A stretch of 64,000 bases of DNA from contig NW_018403513.1 in the NCBI RefSeq assembly GCF_002113885.1, forward strand, positions 706,883 to 770,882, written 5' to 3'. Source of the stretch: Mizuhopecten yessoensis (Eukaryota). Shown one piece after another: positions 54,001-62,383 of the stretch (positions are counted from its first letter, which is position 1; every line of letters begins with the position of its first letter). The notes below the pieces were generated by a model, which did no database searches, was not told the DNA's origin, and saw nothing but the letters and a program-made list of their open reading frames with translations. The position numbers and the translations under genes were made by a program.

Positions 54001-55987
54001 AACAATGTAACTAAATATAAACTATGTAATTAATGATACTGTAATTAATGACAAACAATGTAACTAATGATAATCAAGGTAGCTAATGATAAAAGAAAAA
54101 ATCTAAGTTTACTGATGTCAAAACTTTTGTATGCGTCAAGATTACATTTAGGATTCTACCAATGTTAAGAAATTGTGAAATATAATCTCACTAAATTTGT
54201 CCTGTCTGCTTTAAGTGTATAATAGATGGTGACCTATCTTGTGTTACAGGCCTCGGGCATCTGCTGTGGCCGAGAGACTGTGGAGTAGTAAAGACGTGAA
54301 GGATGTGGATGCTGCAGGTAAACGGCTGTCAGAACATCGCTGCCGTATGCTCAGGTATGACATCGTATACACTACAGTATACAGTTGTTGACTTGGAATG
54401 AGGGATACAGGTGCTTTGTTCGACCCTCAGTCAACCTGGTGCCATTGAAGTTAACAAAACATCCGTTCCTCAGAGATTTGTACTTGACAAAAATATTACA
54501 AATCTCTTATGCTCAGTGTCATAGAGAATTTAGATTTACTGGAATAGATTGTGGGAAATCAAGGTAAATGTAGGCTTATAGAAAGGTCACTCCCAAGTTC
54601 AGTAATCAGGCGGGATCAAGTATAACAAACCTTGTTGACCTCCTGTCATTTTGAGTGTTGTCATTTATTAAGAGAAATGTTAAGGAGGCACAGTTGTCTA
54701 GTGTTAGGACGCCGGGCTCGTGACCCAAGGGTTGCAGATTCAAGTCATGTTATAGCACTGTGTTGTATATTTGAACAAGATACTTAACTACGCTTGTTCC
54801 AGTCTACTCAGCTGTAAATGAGGTTGTGGTTTGGCAGTGCTGGAATTGTTGAATGTTAGCTGTGAGCACCGAAATGGTAGCACCGGCTGTATGCTCCCCA
54901 GGGAGTTGAGAAAGATGGTTGCAAAGGCCCAATAACCACAGATAATAGTTTGTGAACCGCTTTGAGACTACCTAAGACCTAGGTTATGATAAAGCAGTAT
55001 ATGAAAACCTCAAATGATTATTATTATTATTACCCCATTTTGCATGTGGTGCAACCTTTGCTGATTGTTTTTACTTGTGTCCGTCTAGTCGAGGCCTACC
55101 AGTGGGGATGATCAGTGGTCCAGACTACTGTCTCCGACGAGGACATCGCCGAGACAGAGACAACTCCTCCAACTGCTCCGTCGGTCACTGCTTCCAGAGC
55201 AAGGACACCGTCCAGATAGAAAAGATCAATGTCCGAGTCCAACAGAGGAGTCACAACCTGCCAGTTCCCGACTGTAACCAGGTAAGGCCAGCAACAAAAG
55301 ACAAAAAGAAAGGAAATTAAATTCAAATTTCAATTTCAGATATAATTCAGGTACTTTTGTTCCTATTATAGCTGTTACAGATTCCTAATTATAATATAAA
55401 CTTTATTTATTTTACAACAATTATAAAACAAGTAATTTCATCTTATATTAATCACTTCTTGTTGGCCCGGATGGTAGCATGCGGGGGTCTTATTGTGGGA
55501 GGAAACTGGAATACCCGGAGAAAACCTACTTCGTAGGGCAGTTGACCCATACCTTTTTATGTCCAATCGGGTAATCAAACTCCAACCGCCTTGGTGAAAA
55601 GGAATTGCACCACCCGACCACCCTGATTACTGAAATATTAATTGTCACTTAGATCTCATTTGATATAAATATGATTATAGTTTTAAGTCTTCGTATATAT
55701 GACATCATTATATTTTCCCATTTCAGATAATTTCCCAAGGAGGAAACATGATTACCATAGCAGTAGTGATAGCTTTGTTCATTGTTGTCATTGTCAGCAT
55801 CAAAGCCACAGGAAACAGAATGATGCAGGGACGGTTTTGTCGAAATAAGAACATCTTCATCGCATTCATTGTTGTCATTCTCATATATTTTATGTGTTCA
55901 ACATCACTTTGGATGCAGGTCCTGGAATTCAAGGGTTCTTTTGAAAAACGTGTGAAATCGTCCTACTCCGACAAGGGTTCAATATAG
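2982..55987 (+). CDS. HEXB: Beta-hexosaminidase (GH20, HEXB/HEXA-like), 14 coding exons, ~1062 aa, with long N-terminal stem and C-terminal double transmembrane extension. join(2982..3087,6737..8131,8426..8538,11219..11329,28086..28187,33560..33665,43909..44116,44802..44936,45260..45350,45842..46013,50805..50895,54250..54354,55089..55281,55727..55987)
   Basis: Manual splicing gives a stop-free frame with GT-AG at all 13 introns and matching phases. GH20 motifs occur in order: [82 protein letters not shown] (catalytic DE), [44 protein letters not shown]. The symbol is family-level; orthology to vertebrate HEXB vs HEXA is not established. Confidence 0.9.
6737..8131 (+). CDS. HEXB: Exon 2: low-complexity stem plus N-terminal GH20b domain (EPWPMPQ...PHDKMDES)
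   Basis: Lies in the 494-aa ORF 6700..8184; acceptor ctttaccag|TG (phase 1); donor T|gtaagt at 8131/8132. Confidence 0.88.
8426..8538 (+). CDS. HEXB: Exon 3 ([38 protein letters not shown])
   Basis: ttttcag acceptor, gtatgt donor, conserved [13 protein letters not shown]. Confidence 0.95.
10900..11104. repeat. 28-bp tandem repeat (taaatatgtaaaggaaatgtagcaatat), ~7 copies
   Basis: Direct reading. Confidence 0.9.
11219..11329 (+). CDS. HEXB: Exon 4 ([37 protein letters not shown])
   Basis: ttttgcag / gtaagt; start of the GH20 catalytic domain; 111 nt. Confidence 0.95.
13925..15135. repeat. Degenerate ~21-bp minisatellite (ggagataatgtcaatataaat) arranged forward/inverted/forward
   Basis: The block at ~14360..14828 is the reverse complement of the flanking blocks. 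Confidence 0.85.
16743..16853. mobile_element. ~110-bp hairpin MITE
   Basis: ctgggtccacttgtataaacatctcaa ... ttgagatgttttatacaagtgggcccag. Confidence 0.7.
20788..20878 (+). mobile_element. MITE family A copy
   Basis: Perfect TTAA-CTCATTCACCCCTGA TIRs. Confidence 0.8.
21403..21899 (-). mobile_element. Non-autonomous AcademH-like DNA transposon (~100-bp TIRs, 9-bp TSD, RecQ-like helicase remnant)
   Basis: TIRs 21403..~21502 / ~21800..21899; TSD attagatgt at 21394..21402 and 21900..21908; minus-strand 21724..21596 reads [42 protein letters not shown]. Confidence 0.8.
22140..22230 (+). mobile_element. MITE family A copy
   Basis: Same TIRs and interior; TTAA at both ends. Confidence 0.8.
24172..24400 (+). 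mobile_element. tRNA-derived SINE with V-type central domain
   Basis: A-box-like tagcgcagtgg, B-box-like gttcaattccc, core gggttttctcaggtactccaatttcctcccaca; related inverted copy at 55460..55625. Confidence 0.7.
25197..27562. repeat. ~30-bp minisatellite (ccattctaaccatatcagttgatatatcac), ~75 copies with 33-bp variants
   Basis: Direct reading; produces the [10 protein letters not shown] pseudo-ORFs. Confidence 0.95.
27563..27925. mobile_element. GC/CpG-rich truncated DNA-transposon end (PIF/Harbinger-like)
   Basis: Begins taa-agccctgtcacacct, with internal short repeats and a sharp GC shift; second TIR not found. Confidence 0.45.
27925..28105 (+). repeat. Three tandem copies of the intron 4 3' end plus first bases of exon 5
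   Basis: agtaatataatatatgtattttgatgttttcagGAGG x3 (AG ending 27965, 28019, 28085). Confidence 0.92.
28086..28187 (+). CDS. HEXB: Exon 5 ([34 protein letters not shown])
   Basis: ttttcag / gtacgt; HWH-DDQSFP motif; 102 nt. Confidence 0.95.
28292..29651 (-). mobile_element. Tc1/mariner transposon, decayed
   Basis: TIRs tactaatcacattttgctaaggatc / gatccatagcaaaatgtcagtagta, TA-flanked; transposase remnants inside. Confidence 0.9.
28534..29383 (-). pseudogene. Tc1-family (DD34E) transposase pseudogene
   Basis: HTH-like [46 protein letters not shown]-terminal [18 protein letters not shown]; frameshifts and deletions. Confidence 0.88.
31423..32790. repeat. 37-bp minisatellite (gtttacctatgtagctctgggtctgtcattctgtaat), ~37 copies
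   Basis: Direct reading. Confidence 0.95.
33560..33665 (+). CDS. HEXB: Exon 6 ([35 protein letters not shown])
   Basis: tttttcag / gtgagt; RGIR..PEFDTPG motif. Confidence 0.95.
35085..35192. repeat. 17-bp tandem repeat (caggtattatatctaga), ~6 copies
   Basis: Direct reading. Confidence 0.85.
36289..36734. mobile_element. TA-flanked MITE (Tc1/mariner-type)
   Basis: tactgtattgcggttt..tttgcgggg / ctcccgcgatatgtaaccgctatacagta imperfect TIRs. Confidence 0.65.
37780..38185. repeat. 59-bp tandem repeat (caatgtttgaaagacacaggggcattacaactcatggtctgacaaggtaagggtaaact), ~7 copies, decaying to ~38550
   Basis: Direct reading. Confidence 0.9.
40161..42367. repeat. 35-bp GC-rich minisatellite (caggtgtcaccacagctccagtgtcaccaatcggg), ~55 copies, with duplicated right flank
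   Basis: Direct reading; the unique flank 42040..42135 is repeated at 42274..42367. Confidence 0.95.
42985..43405 (+). mobile_element. Helentron/HINE-type element, 5'-truncated copy
   Basis: Same ~160-bp internal repeat as 48601..50655; 3' end caggtgagcgatacaggccctctgggcctctggttt. Confidence 0.75.
43909..44116 (+). CDS. HEXB: Exon 7 (GHTYSWG...[13 protein letters not shown]), contains the catalytic Asp-Glu pair
   Basis: ccctcacag / gtaagg; HLGGDE motif. Confidence 0.95.
44278..44364 (+). mobile_element. MITE family A copy (degenerate)
   Basis: Same interior (ttccaacctttgaattggaagagttca..tgtgtcttcaggg). Confidence 0.7.
44802..44936 (+). CDS. HEXB: Exon 8 ([46 protein letters not shown])
   Basis: atatcag / gtatac; W-x-SNP and L-E-F-Y landmarks; phase 2-2. 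Confidence 0.88.
45260..45350 (+). CDS. HEXB: Exon 9 ([30 protein letters not shown])
   Basis: ttttcctag / gtacat; WQE motif. Confidence 0.9.
45661..45841. repeat. 30-bp tandem repeat (gtctataacaagctacagacctcaccataa) abutting the exon 10 acceptor
   Basis: Direct reading, ~5 copies. Confidence 0.88.
45842..46013 (+). CDS. HEXB: Exon 10 ([11 protein letters not shown]...[28 protein letters not shown])
   Basis: taacag / gtaagt; DTIIQIW and WYLD motifs. Confidence 0.93.
46360..47373 (-). mobile_element. Internally deleted hAT transposon (zinc-finger and dimerisation-domain remnants)
   Basis: Minus strand [51 protein letters not shown] (~46812..46975) then [38 protein letters not shown] (~46640..46760); terminus gcaagtatg at 47373 with gcggg subterminal repeats; left boundary approximate. 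Confidence 0.8.
47374..47548. repeat. ~30-bp degenerate tandem repeat (tcttgtgtacctttcaaatgtgtcatcaat)
   Basis: Direct reading. Confidence 0.8.
48601..50655 (+). mobile_element. Helentron-associated (HINE/DINE-1-like) element carrying ~11 internal 157-161-bp tandem repeats
   Basis: 5' ttttagctcacc subTIR, ccgtccgtc microsatellite, central array, 3' caggtgagc subTIR plus ggccc-ttt-gggcc hairpin, T-rich site. Confidence 0.85.
50805..50895 (+). CDS. HEXB: Exon 11 ([30 protein letters not shown])
   Basis: ttgcag / gtaagt; GGEACMWxEYVD motif; 91 nt. Confidence 0.95.
51436..54092. repeat. 19-bp minisatellite (taactaatgataaactatg) turning into a 33-bp composite unit, interrupted at ~53582..53971
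   Basis: Direct reading; the 33-bp unit gives the [11 protein letters not shown] pseudo-ORF. Confidence 0.95.
53826..53971. mobile_element. Near-palindromic hairpin element, preceded by a 31-bp tandem repeat (53669..53825)
   Basis: ttcaaagaagagacgaccagacaacatcaagtgggg ... ccccatttgatgttgtctggtcatctcttctttgaa, plus inner ccagtttacatg/catgtaaactgg. Confidence 0.75.
54250..54354 (+). CDS. HEXB: Exon 12 ([35 protein letters not shown])
   Basis: gttacag / gtatga; [12 protein letters not shown]; 105 nt. Confidence 0.95.
54684..55032 (+). mobile_element. tRNA-derived CORE-type SINE with (TTA)n tail
   Basis: tRNA-like head (cagttgtctagtgttagg...gattcaagtc), core ttgaacaagatacttaac...ctcagctgtaaatgagg, tail attattattattatta. 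Confidence 0.65.
55089..55281 (+). CDS. HEXB: Exon 13 ([15 protein letters not shown] plus non-canonical extension [20 protein letters not shown]...PDCNQ)
   Basis: gtctag acceptor; RG...GPDYC is the usual Hex C-terminus; the frame stays open to a strong CAG|gtaagg donor. Confidence 0.85.
55460..55625 (-). mobile_element. V-type SINE copy in intron 13
   Basis: tgtgggaggaaactggaatacccggagaaaacc is the reverse complement of the SINE core; ccttggtgaaa is shared with the 24172 copy. Confidence 0.65.
55727..55987 (+). CDS. HEXB: Terminal exon 14 encoding two predicted transmembrane helices and a short tail
   Basis: Acceptor ttttcccatttcag, phase 0, in frame with ORF 55748..55987; hydrophobic runs [17 protein letters not shown] and [20 protein letters not shown]; TAG stop. 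Confidence 0.78.
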   Translation: MISQGGNMITIAVVIALFIVVIVSIKATGNRMMQGRFCRNKNIFIAFIVVILIYFMCSTSLWMQVLEFKGSFEKRVKSSYSDKGSI

Positions 55988-56669
55988 TGCTGTGTTATTG
56001 TTTTCATTTTTGATGGCTGACTAAAATAGACCGCAAAAATAATTAAAGGACGATATTTGTGCAGACATTGTTCAATGTTATCTCCGAGTTAATGAACTGC
56101 GTATTTTCACTTCTGAAATGGCCTAGTCATATTTAATTTTATCAGGACTTTATTTGTGATTCAGAAGTAAAGCTTGTTCTAGAAAAGTCATTGGAAAAAG
56201 ACTTGTTTTCAGAAAATGGGCAAATAAAGAGTTTTTTCTGCATGATGTATCATATAATTTTTAATTTAAAAATTGTATAGTGAAGGTCACACATGTATCA
56301 TGATCTATATATCCCTAGAGCTATTTTCCAATAGAAACTGAAAATGGTTGATTCATTAATAAACACCAGCACCCTGTTGGTGAAGTTTAAACTACTGTTT
56401 TAAGAATATCCTCAGTCAAAATTGATTGACCCAGTAAGCATTTTAAGGTCACAAATCAATGTCGTGATCAGCTGGCATGGAATCATGTTGGTAATATTTC
56501 CATAATAGTCAAGGTCAAACGTCACTTACCTATATACTTAAGAAAAGTTGTATGTACATATGTGTATTCCATAGATAGGTACTGACCCAGAGTCTATAAT
56601 TAGGCCTGAGAATACAGCTTAATCTTTATGACAAGACAATACATGTGCAAACCTGTATTAAGAGACCAT

Positions 56670-56760
56670 TTAACCCTTTCACCCCTTTGTAACTTTAGTT
56701 AACTCTTCCATGCATTGATCTGGATAAGTCCATTTTGGTCTCCAGTGGTGAAAGGGTTAA
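56670..56760 (+). mobile_element. ~90-bp piggyBac-like MITE family B (TTAA-CCCTTTCACC...GGTGAAAGGG-TTAA), nested in a larger inverted-repeat element (~56640..56887)
   Basis: TTAA at both ends, CCC...GGG termini; second copy at 63504..63593. Confidence 0.75.
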
Positions 56761-58419
56761 AACTACATGTTGCAGTTATTTTCATGTTCATAATCCAATC
56801 TGTTTTTAGAGACCACCTTGTATCAGTCTGTTTTATGGACCTTTTGAATGAATGTGGTCTCTTAGTACAAGTTTGACGGTACATGTACGTTCAGTTATTA
56901 ACTTTTTCTGGTTTGTTTTTTTGTCAGAGGTTATTTTTACACGGTATTGTTTCACTACATTCTCAAATTAAAAACCTGTAAAAAATGCTACTGCTGCAGT
57001 TTGATTACCTGTGTATGCTGTGAGGATGTGAACGATGGTTGTAGCAATGCATTTCTAAAACACAATCCAACAATTTGATGGCAATCAGTTTGTTTTGTAA
57101 AGTTTTAACTTATTTTTGTCAACACCCCATTGCAGGATTATTTATTCATGTCATGTCATTTGCATTTTACTGATAATATTATGATTCATATTACTCTGCC
57201 ACAAATTAAAAACATTGTAAATAGGCATGAATGTATTTTGATTTTAAATGTCTTTGGGAAAAAACTATGGTCCATTTTGTGAAACACCAAAACATACTGT
57301 TGAATCTCTTTATCAAAGACTTTGGAAAACTTGAAATACATTTTTTGTATTCCCTGTTTTACAGGTAACTTTGTATGTTGCATTTGGTCAGAATTTCTTT
57401 TTTTAATATAAAGAAAAATGGTACGTTAAAATAAAAAAATAAACTGATTTCTTAAAAATCATCCTTGAGAAGTTAAATGCTCAATTACCTTAGCTATCCT
57501 GAATGTTAATAGTTTTACCCCCTTACTATGGACGACAAATTTTACAGTAATTGACATCAGATATAAAAGAAGTAAGTTGTTGAGGAAAATAAAAGTTTAA
57601 TATGAATCCTTATTGGACATGTATAGTTTGTAGATAATTTTACATTTTTATTTGAATTTTACCTCAGTACCAATGTAACTAAGGTACTTAGCTTTAATAG
57701 GGACTGTAGTTGTGAGAATGCTATTATAGAAGTGGAAAGCTGGGATAACCTGACTTTCCCGATACTTGTACATAGCACCAAAGTTCCTCTGTTTTGAGGG
57801 CAGATGAGAATTCATGTGTGCAATTATTTCTATGTGGTGTATGGAGATGATTTCAGCTCATCTCACATTTCTCACCTTTTTGTTAATTTTACCTGATTTC
57901 TAAAATTACCTTAGTATTTATCATACTAGAATGTTTTGTTTATTTGTGTTTAGGAAAATGCATGCAACTCAAGATAAATCATTGTCCACCTATTTGCCAA
58001 ATGTTGATTTGAATTGATTGATTTTGATCCTTTATTACTTTCATTTATAACCACTCCACAGGAAAAGGAAATCAATTTGTTGTGACTTGTTACAGTTTCA
58101 TCAAGTGCATCATTTCACAACTGGATCTACAACAGGGATAGTGAAACATGTAAAAACAGTATTTGATATCGTATATAAACCCATATCTTGTGTAAGGTCT
58201 ATCTACCTAGAGCTTAATAGAATCCTTTTCTTAGAAGTTTAGAGTTGGATACCTGTGACCTTCCATATTCTCATTGTTTTTGTACATATCTCGCATCAAA
58301 TGCATATTGTTCAAATGAGTTTCCGAGGGAGAAAGCGTGAGAATGTGTAAGCAAAAACAAATGAGTTGAAAATTTATTTATCGTTGATTTATTTACTCTA
58401 ATCTGTTGACATTATGATT

Positions 58420-58810
58420 ATAGGATATGTCAGTTCAAGAATTGATGACATTTTAAGTTGTGCCTGTAGAAAACACTGATTACATCATAAAATATGTCTA
58501 TTCAGCAACTGAGGACATTTAAGTTCTGTATACACAAAAACTGATGACATCATAGAATATGTCGGTTCAAGAATTGATGACATTTTAAGTTGTGCCTGTA
58601 CAAAAACTGATGACATCATAGAATTTATCTATTTAACAATTGATGACAATTTATGTTTGATCTATACAAAAACTGATTACGTAATAAGTTTTGTCTATTT
58701 AACAACTGGCATTATTAAGGTAATCTCTACACAAAAATTAATGGCATCTTTTTTGAAAAGTTCATGACATCATATAAGCTTAATCAATACAGAAACTGAT
58801 GACAGCACAT
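58420..58810. repeat. Degenerate tandem repeat (aactgatgacat core)
   Basis: Recurring caaaaactgatgacatcatagaa / aattgatgacattttaagtt. Confidence 0.65.
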
Positions 58811-60531
58811 GAAAATGTTAGGAGAGAAATCCTTTATTAAGTCTTTTCCTCGGTAAAATTGCTTTGTGACACTTTTTGATTTTAATGCAAAAATTATGAC
58901 ATGGTGAGTGAATCAGATCAGTTTTAAATTGTGTTTGAATGACCTTTACAATATCCAATCAACGTATACGACATTGTTATCAATCCTGTTTTAATTGGCT
59001 GTTGTGGCATTTATACGTTATAATGATGAAAGATAATTTTTTGTGTTTGTTTTGAAGGGCAATAATTGTTTTCAAGTTCTTCCGACACGTTAAAATAAAC
59101 TTCAAATTTTATAGTTTTCTTTGCACATTTTGTTAAATTTAATGCTGCATATTCCACCAAAGTCTACCAATGATGAAATTCTTTGGTTGATTTGAGCGTT
59201 CCTTTATGCTGAAGCTGAAGTTAATTGTTTTCTTTTAACTTAAAATAGTCAACTTATTAGCAAAAGAAAAAATCTGGTTGACACATAATTATCCATTTTA
59301 TGAAAGTTAACCTGTACACAGAGCTCAAACAACAAAGAAATATGTATACCCCAAATGAACCTGTATGTTGAGCTTGTCATTAAATCTTGTTTGGTTTTGC
59401 ACTGGCTTCCATACATATTTAGCAGGAAAAAGATTCTTCAGTATATTCCATTGAGACATGCTCAGTGTAATAGATCCAACAGCAAGGATTTGGTTTTACT
59501 ATTGGTTTGTTCTACTGTGTTCTAATATGCTGAAATAAAATGCATATGTTTGTATATATATAAACAGCGGGGGCTGTTTATTTCCACTGTGTGGAACATA
59601 TTCTAGCTTTTATAATCGTGTATGAATATACAATATAGTACATAAACAACATATCATTTTTTGATGTTACTTGTTTTTTCCGTGTGAGCTTTTTGACAGT
59701 CCTTCAGTTTATGTTTGGATACCATCAAGTGAAAAAGCATTGTGATTATCGTCACCAAAAATATGCATAATTGTTTCAATGTTTGAGTTAATTGACTTTT
59801 TACCTGTGAAAAATGCAAGAGGGACGTACTATCTCATACGACAGTCCTCTCATGTATAACACTCTTGTAGATTTATAATGTAATATCAAATTTTCATTCA
59901 GAGATAAAACTTTTAAAATAGAGTATTTAGTCATCTGCCAATAAGAAGGTTGTAGATTGAAAATTTGTTTTCTTTCGAAAATGCCATAAAGGATATAGAT
60001 CATATAGATACAGTCCTGTTCTAGACAATGATCTAGTAAAACTGTTGTTTCTTCAATATTTTAATCCAAAAGTCTACACCAACCGACTGTCTGTCAGGAT
60101 ATTTGTTGATAAATATCTTCACTGATCAAGACATATATATATTCCATTGTGAAATAAGATCTCTCTTGATGGCAAGCTATTTTGATCTGTATCAGTAGAG
60201 AGCTTTGTTATAGAAATCTGAATCTGTAGAGAGCTTTTTATGTTAAATAGAGATCTGGGCTGATTTCGTTTATCCCGAGCCAAAGGAATGAACCGGTTGA
60301 ATCAGAGTTTTTTATTTATGAAATCAAGTCGAACATATTAATCTGATGCTGCTTTCAATTGAGCCTTGACAAAGCCTTGCAAGGCCTGCATAACCATTTG
60401 CAGGTCCGCCAGGATTCATACCCGAAAATGTTATACATATAACCAGGTTCTTCAGCATAAACAAACAGACCCCTGTATCAATAGATCTAGAGAGCTTCAT
60501 TAATACAGATCTCTATCAATAGGGAGCTTTC

Positions 60532-60621
60532 TTAACTCATCAACCCCTGAAGACACATTTGAACTCTTCCAGTTGAAAGGTTGGAATAGTTCATTATGAA
60601 ATTTCGGGGGTGAATGAGTTA
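60532..60621 (-). mobile_element. MITE family A copy, inverted
   Basis: Reverse complement of the family interior, same TIRs. Confidence 0.75.
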
Positions 60622-60987
60622 CTTGAAATCTGTGTTGATAAAGAGCTTTGCCAAGTCAAATGTAAAGACATGTAAACACAGTAGTTACCAGTAATTAGTA
60701 GAAGTGTCTTATGTTGACAAATCATGTTCGTTATAATATTACCCGTAGATGATTCTTATACTGTAGTATGTTGATATGGTTTACTCACATTGTCACTCTT
60801 AATAATCTAAAACCACCCAAAAGGACCACTTCAAAACCTTATTGTCCTCCAAATGTTTGTATTGTGTGGTCATGTATTACTTGACACTTTTCCTGCTGAC
60901 CTAGGGGGAGAATTTCTATATCCAACATGTAGACATAATGTCAACTCTTTTTCTCCCAAATCTTACTCGAAATTTTAATGGAACATG

Positions 60988-61739
60988 ACATTAAAACATG
61001 GAAATGCATTACTTTATATGGCAAACTTTCTAGATAATTTCTAGGTAACATACACTTATAGAGAAAAGTATGGTAAACCAATGGTAATTAAACTCAAATA
61101 AAAAAAAAAAACATGCCAGATCTTCATGACAAGCTTGTGCAGTAATTCCTGTAATCTTGAGGTGGTGTCAATTACCGATGGCAAGAACGACACAGTCAGT
61201 CAAACAGCTTTTGACTGACTGTAAAGTCGTCATCTGAATTTGGGTGTCTTCATTGTGAAGGTCATGTCGTAATTTTAATGTCGGATACCACTGACAAAAA
61301 TGCATGAGACGTATACTTTTTTTAATTAAATGCTGAATTTCGATTGATTCATTTAATTTCCTATGAGATCATGATATTTTGAAATTGTAATTTAAGGACA
61401 GAACTGCTAGCATGATTTATGGAATTTGTCATTTCCAGTTTGCATTCATATTAACTATGAATGTCAACTGATAGCACTTAAATGGCTAAATGTATGAGTT
61501 GCATACAAAATGAGTTTTGTATGTAATGTCAAATCCCCTATACATTTGATTATGTCTCTTAAACATGTAGAACATGTAGCAGGCATAAAAGATAAAAACA
61601 GCCTGGGAATTTTCGTAGAATTAGCAAAACCAATACATTAAAACATGGAAATGCATTACTTAATATGGCAAACTTTCTAGATAATTTCTAGGTAACATAC
61701 ACTTATAGAGAAAAGTATGGTAAACCAATGGTAATTAAA
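60988..61739. repeat. ~104-bp near-identical direct duplication (60988..61092 and 61635..61739)
   Basis: acattaaaacatggaaatgc...ccaatggtaattaaa occurs twice with one mismatch seen. Confidence 0.88.
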
Positions 61740-62059
61740 AGTAAAACCAATTCTGCCAACATCGAAAATTTACACAAGTCCTCCACATACAGGTATTACA
61801 ATATATTGACAATGTTGTGAAAATTTAGCCAACATCGCAGATTTCTATAAATTCTTCAATATGTAATGTCGACTATTCCTTAATTTTTTTTATGGCTTTA
61901 CTGCAGTGAAACAAGGCAGATTGAAATTAAGATGAAATCCCATTATATGAAGGAGACTAGAATTCTTCCTCTCAGAACAATTTCGTTTTTGTATTTACTC
62001 CCCTGCCTTCTTTTTTCTGTCTACACCCCTGTCCCCACCCCCAACTCTCAACCCCCAAA

Positions 62060-62383
62060 NNNNNNNNNNNNNNNNNNNNNNNNNNNNNNNNNNNNNNNNN
62101 NNNNNNNNNNNNNNNNNNNNNNNNNNNNNNNNNNNNNNNNNNNNNNNNNNNNNNNNNNNNNNNNNNNNNNNNNNNNNNNNNNNNNNNNNNNNNNNNNNNN
62201 NNNNNNNNNNNNNNNNNNNNNNNNNNNNNNNNNNNNNNNNNNNNNNNNNNNNNNNNNNNNNNNNNNNNNNNNNNNNNNNNNNNNNNNNNNNNNNNNNNNN
62301 NNNNNNNNNNNNNNNNNNNNNNNNNNNNNNNNNNNNNNNNNNNNNNNNNNNNNNNNNNNNNNNNNNNNNNNNNNNNNNNNNNN
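62060..62383. other. Assembly gap (324 N) in a C-rich tract
   Basis: Run of n. Confidence 0.99.

Noticed and set aside
55282-55320. C-terminal KKGN as a KKxx ER-retrieval signal in the read-through isoform
   Set aside because: KKxx works on cytosolic tails; this terminus would be lumenal in a soluble isoform
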